Below are positions 58,659-64,000 of a stretch of 64,000 bases of DNA, piece by piece. The stretch is from an uncultured virus (IMG/VR IMGVR_UViG_3300008120_000124). Taxonomy: Duplodnaviria > Heunggongvirae > Uroviricota > Caudoviricetes. The first letter of the stretch is position 1. Every line of letters starts with the position of its first letter. Position numbers and translations under genes: made by a program. Location of the stretch: the IMG/VR virus record IMGVR_UViG_3300008120_000124, one strand, 5' to 3'. The notes under the pieces are model-generated. The model was not told the DNA's origin, made no database searches, and was given only the letters and a program-made list of their open reading frames with translations.

Positions 58659-61600
58659 TGGTCTGTCCAAATAAAAACTCAGAAGAGTGGAGAAGGCTTG
58701 TAGAAATGCACGGAGAAGAAGCTGCTTTGGTATTGTATAATACTGAAGCAGTAACTCCTTCGTTTAACGAACCCGTCTACAATGCTATATTAACTGCAAT
58801 ACGAAGAAACCCAGTATTCTTTAGAACTAAATATGCAGATTTTTTAGGGGGTTCAACTTTTTCAGAAGAACTAATGGCTAGAATTTTTTATTCTAGGTTT
58901 GATGGTTTAAATGCTAAGTTAGAAGGAGATAGTGTAATTGTAGAAAATCTTGCGCAACAAAGCAACAAAATTGAAATTATACCAGAATTAGAAGAAAGAC
59001 TAGTAAAAGGATTTTTAAAGGACTTTAATATTGAAGTTAAAGAATACACTTCTATAAAAAATGACTTGGGTTTTGACGCTTTATCCATGTCTGATTTAGT
59101 AACTAAATTTATTGCTTATCAAGAAGGAGAAAGTGTTACTGGAGAAGTAGCCTATTTTGCATATAACATGTTAGGTAAACAAAATAATAAAATTAAATCT
59201 AATCAGAGTGGAAAAATAAAATAAAAGATCTTGTAATATTAGATTTTCTACAAGAAAAACTTATACAGTACTATAAAAATCCAACTGCATTTGAAAAATT
59301 AAATGATAGCAAATGAACGTCAGAAGATTTTACTACGTGGAAAAAAATCATAAAAGCGATAGAAGATTTTTTGAAAGACATTAATTTTTATTTTGCAGAT
59401 AATACTAAAAAGTTACGCGAATTAAATAACATTGGGGTGTCTATTGCTGATGAAATATTAAATCAAAATTATCAGTACTTCAACTATAATTTAAAAGAAG
59501 ATCAAATAAGAAAGTATTATAAAAATACTATTGAAAGTGATACTTTCGCTAAATCCCTTGTAGAGTTTGGTCAAAAAGAACTCAATCTAGTACTAACAGG
59601 TTCGCTAGCGTTAAGAAGAGCAGGAACTGTTTATCGCACAGCAGATGAAACTATCCACGATATTGATTGGGTAGTTCCGTACGAATTAAATAGTAGCCCA
59701 CAAAATCAAGAAGTATATAATGATATTGTAAATAATGAGTATGCTCCTATCAGAGATTCTTACATTGAAGGTTTAAAAATTGATGACGTTTCTAAAAACA
59801 CTTTAACGCATATTCAAAGATTAGATTGGTTTTCAAAATTTAAAGATAGGTATCCAAGTTTTGAATTTGTACAAGGATTTTACGGTGGGGAACACACTAA
59901 AAAAGAATCTTTTACTGCGCAAGGAGTAATTGATGGTCAATTTTATGAAGAAGACGGTTATCATACAGAACAATATTCTTTTTATAAAAAAGATCCTAAA
60001 ACTAAAAAACCTGTTAAAACAACTGTTTCTAGAAAAGTTAAGCATCGAAAAGGAGAATGGGTTAAGGAAACAGGATATGTAGTAGACTTTTTTGTTAGGC
60101 TGCAACCTAAACAAGAAGAGCATGAAAATTACTTTAAGCTTTGGAAAGAAATCATGATCGCTAAACTTAAAATGGGTAGGGATAAAGATTTTATAGATTG
60201 GAAAGCTTTTGTACCGTACGTTAAGTCAAAAGATTCTTACAATTTTAATTACGAGGGATACAGGCATATAAACTGGTCAGAAACTAATCAAAATAATGCT
60301 TTTGAACAGGAAGTTTCTCCATTTAAAGAGGAATTACGAGAAGAAAATGTTAATCTGGAAGAAAAAATGTCTTTGTTTCCAGAAACTAATCAAGATGTTT
60401 TCTTACCGGTAAAAGCTAGTACAAAGTTAACTAATTTATTAGAAGAGCTTTCTGCTAGATTTTCAATACCGTATCAAATAATAGATGACCCAAACCAAAA
60501 ATTTAAAGGTAAATATGTAAATAAGGGGAAAGAAAAGATAGTAGTAATTAACGTTGCTTATGCGACCGAAGATACTCCGCTTCACGAATATTATCACCCA
60601 TTTGTATCTACATTAATGCAAACTTCTCCACAAACATTTGAAATTCTTTATAAAGAATCTTATGTTAACAATGGGATAGAGGATAGAGAAGAGAGTGTTG
60701 TTCAGTATTTAGGAGAGCAAGCTATAAGTAATAAATATAATCTATATCTAAAATACTTTTTAAATTATATTAAAAACTTTTTAGGATTAAAAAACTCTTT
60801 AACAGCTACCTCAACGCTAATAGAAGTTTTAAATACTTTTGAAAGGGGTATGACCATTTCTGATAACGTAATAAGAACTGCTTATCAAAGATTAGATGAA
60901 GCCGAGGAAGCTGTAGCCAATGGGCTTGGAGCTAAAAAGAAACCTAAAATAGATTATATTAATGAGTTAGAAAAACAAGCACAGGGCTGGTCTTCTTTTG
61001 ATAATTCTGTATATTATGAAAACATTAGTACTGGAGAAAAAGCTAAACGTATTACTTCATTTGTTGGGGATGTGGAAGTTGGAGAATTTTCTTCTAAGCA
61101 AAAACGCTATTCTAACAGTGATGCTGAATATGAGGCGAAAAAAGTTTTTGCTAGAAATGGTGTAAATATATATGATAAAAACGAAGATGAAATAAAAGAA
61201 ACAATAACTATACAAGGTGAAAGGTTGACTTTTCAAGATGTGTATAGAACTATTGAAGCCAGATTAAATGAGTTTAAAAATAAAGGTAAGTTAATTCACG
61301 CTTATTTTCAATATGTTTTAGAACAAAATCCACAAAAGAAAGAAGAAGCTAAGCAAAACGCTATTAAGTATGCCAAAGCAACTAAGGCAGATTTTATTTC
61401 ATTAGAGTCTCATCCCAGCATTAAAAGAATAAAAAATAATTTAGATAAAATTTTTGAAGCTGCGGGAGTTATAGTAGACTTGGATAATACTCTACCCCCA
61501 GGATTAAGAGACAAAGTTTCTTCAGAAGGGGTAATAGTTTCTGATTTAATGGTAGATAAGGATGGTAATAAACTTGCTACAACATATGACGGACTTTTTG

Positions 61601-64000
61601 TGCATCAAAACGGGGAAGCTACTTTTGTAGATTTTAAAACAGGTTGGTTAACTAGAGATTCTAATACCAACCAAATGATAAAATATGGGGAAGAATTTGG
61701 TATAAATGACTCTAGATTATCCAGAGCTTATTTGGAAAAAGCTTTGAGAACTGTAATGCTTAAAGAAAAATTTCCAGATTTAAAATTTAGATCAATTAAA
61801 TTGTTGGTTATAGATGCTATGGGTAATCCTACGGCCATGGAACTAGACTTAGAACCGTATCTTTTTACCATACAAAATTACTATAAAACAAATCACCCTA
61901 AAGTCCATGATGAAATGGAGAAAAAGGGATTGTTTAAATTGTCTAACTACAAAGGGGTAACTCAATCACTTATAGATCTACACTCTGAAATATCTCATTT
62001 GTCTAGAGACGAAAAACTTATTTATTTAAAAAACAAATTGTCAGATCTTTATTTAAGATCTTCTAAGGAACAAGTAGAAAGAGACCCAAGAAAAAAAGCT
62101 TTAAGTATAAAATACTCACAGGCAATACTGGAGATAGAAAAAGAACCCACTATAGATCTTAAATCTAAAACTCCAGACTTAGGTTTTTTCTGGAAAATTA
62201 AAAACTTTTCTGATGTAGATAACCCAAGAATACAAGTTTTACATAAAGTATTATTAGAAGCAAAACAAAGGCTCAATATTTTTTCAAAAAATTTGGAAGA
62301 AAACCATGATAATTTGTTTTTAAAGCTAGTGAATGAAAGGGTTGGTCCTAACGACAAAATGAATAAAGCAGCTTTGAAAGGACTTGAAATGGTTCACTTC
62401 GCCTCTATGGCTACTTGGAATCCAATTCTTGCTGCTGGTGTAGTCGCCGCACATAATGCTATTGCTTCTAAAACACAAATGGATACTAGAGATTTTTACG
62501 CGTTTATGTGGAGAAAGTCAGATGAGATAGGGGGAAGTGGTTACTATCTTAATACAAAAAATACTTATGTAAAGAATGGTAAAGAAGTTCCAATGACAAA
62601 AGCTGAGCAAGATTATAGAAACTACGTTCATAAAACAATGAAGGAGGAGTATAATAAATTTGCTAAAGAAATAGTTGGTTTTGATGAAGTAACTAGACAA
62701 CCTATTTATAGATACAGTTCTTTAGGTTTACCAGAAGAAATGCCCTTAGATTTCATGCCTAGAATACCTAAAAGTATAAATGAAATTAGAGAGGAAGAAA
62801 TAAAAACTTCTGGTTATGGAGCAGGATTAATGGGTCTTAAAACCACTGTTGGAGAAGAATTTAAAAGAAGCTTAAATGGTTTCTTTGAAGATAAATATGG
62901 TAGAGGGTCTGAAGGAATACAATTTAGGTATTTTAAACACACTGATTCTCCAGGTATAGTAGACGCAGAAAACCACAGCTTTAACGGCCAAATCGCTTTC
63001 AAAATGTTCATGATGTCCATGAAAACTAAGCAAGAAATGGACCCTCTTTATGATCTAGCTAGGGGCGTTCGTAATGCTTTAGATGAAGAGCTTATGGAAA
63101 GTGGTGAAGAAGCTAGGTATTCTAATACAGTTCAATGGTTAGATGATGAAATATATACTCAAATATTAGGGAGACAAAAAACTGAAAAAGTTTTAACCAG
63201 AGCAGTAAGATGGAAAGCTGGTAAGTTAACTGAAAAAGTAACAGGCATAAAAGAAGGCACTGACGTAAGAATATCTGAAATCGAAATAGTTCGTTGGCTA
63301 AGAACTTCTGTATCTTTTTTAACACTTGGATTCAAAGTTATTTCCCCAATAAGAAATGGTATATATGTAACATTGCAAACAATATCCCAGTCAACTAAAA
63401 ATATAGTAACAAAAGGTTTGTCTAAAATATATGGAGTCGATGTAGAAGAACTAGGACAAATAGATTTAGTTGGTGGTAAAATAGTTTTTAATGATTATAT
63501 TGCTAAGGCAATTATGGGAAAACCAGAGGAATCTAAATTATGGAATATTGCTAAAGCGATTAATTGGTTGCCAGATAACTACGTAATAAGCGACGAGGAT
63601 ATTAAAAAAATGGAAGCTGTCTCTAAAATAGGTCTTGGAGAAAATGCTTATGCTGCTTATTCATTATTTGAAAACTTTTCATCCCTTTGGCATTTGGCTG
63701 GATTATTAAAATCAACTAAAGTATTAGATAAAGATGGAAACAAAATATCCCTTTGGGATGCTCATGATGATAAAGGTGGGTGGAACATGGGTGTTCGCGG
63801 CGTAGTAGAAAACTCCGACGGAACAACTACCGAACTTAAAGAGCTTACGGCAATGGAGATAAAGGCTCTTAAAAGAACTCACGAAAGAGTATCTGGCTCT
63901 TACAGAAAAGATGAAAAAATCGCTATGGAAGCTTCTGTATGGGGAGACTTCTTAGCTCAATTTCAAAAACACGCATTCCAATATGTTAAAGTTTTATTCG
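58658..64000 (+). CDS. large virion cargo protein (partial): nucleotidyltransferase-like, zincin and PD-(D/E)xK modules; -1 frame break at about 59203-59224 and 1 in-frame TGA (59314)
   Basis: MVCPNK start at 58658; that frame stops at TAA 59222-59224. The -1 frame is open from 59203 to the window end except for TGA 59314. TGSLAL 59596, HDID 59656, HEYYH 60583, DFKTG 61630. Confidence 0.75.

Noticed and set aside
1827..63325. Many minus-strand ORFs in the supplied track
   Set aside because: They are shadows of long + strand genes, with no motifs and no independent start context.
1..64000. CRISPR array, DGR, integrase/transposase, intein or group I intron
   Set aside because: No regularly spaced repeats, reverse transcriptase, recombinase or splicing motifs were seen. 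Gaps inside genes are explained by TGA readthrough.

Overview
This window is a 64 kb segment of an AT-rich crAss-like (Crassvirales-type) bacteriophage, most likely infecting a Bacteroidota host (TAnnTTTG promoters, A-rich starts without Shine-Dalgarno). Almost all genes are on the + strand. In order: a GC-rich boundary region; small genes; GroES; a compact tmRNA; thyX; a UCA-anticodon tRNA; GroEL; terminase; portal; scaffold; major capsid; holin-like, ring and auxiliary capsid proteins; tail fibres; a DUF5675-type peptidase; muzzle; and giant virion cargo proteins, including a virion RNA polymerase split across two genes. The main hidden signal is a recoded genetic code. Sixteen in-frame TGA codons break 11 late genes in the supplied ORF track; reading through them restores full-length, tightly abutting genes, and contexts indicate Trp. 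All confident genes end in TAA or TAG. The phage encodes an atypical opal-suppressor tRNA (UCA anticodon, 4-bp anticodon stem, long variable arm). Next to it is a minimal tmRNA with a 30-residue tag, whose 3' end overlaps the thyX start. TGA is sparse and unevenly placed (4 in terminase, none in capsid or portal), which suggests a tRNA-gated late-gene switch. All functional calls come from motif recognition by eye; no database searches were run.
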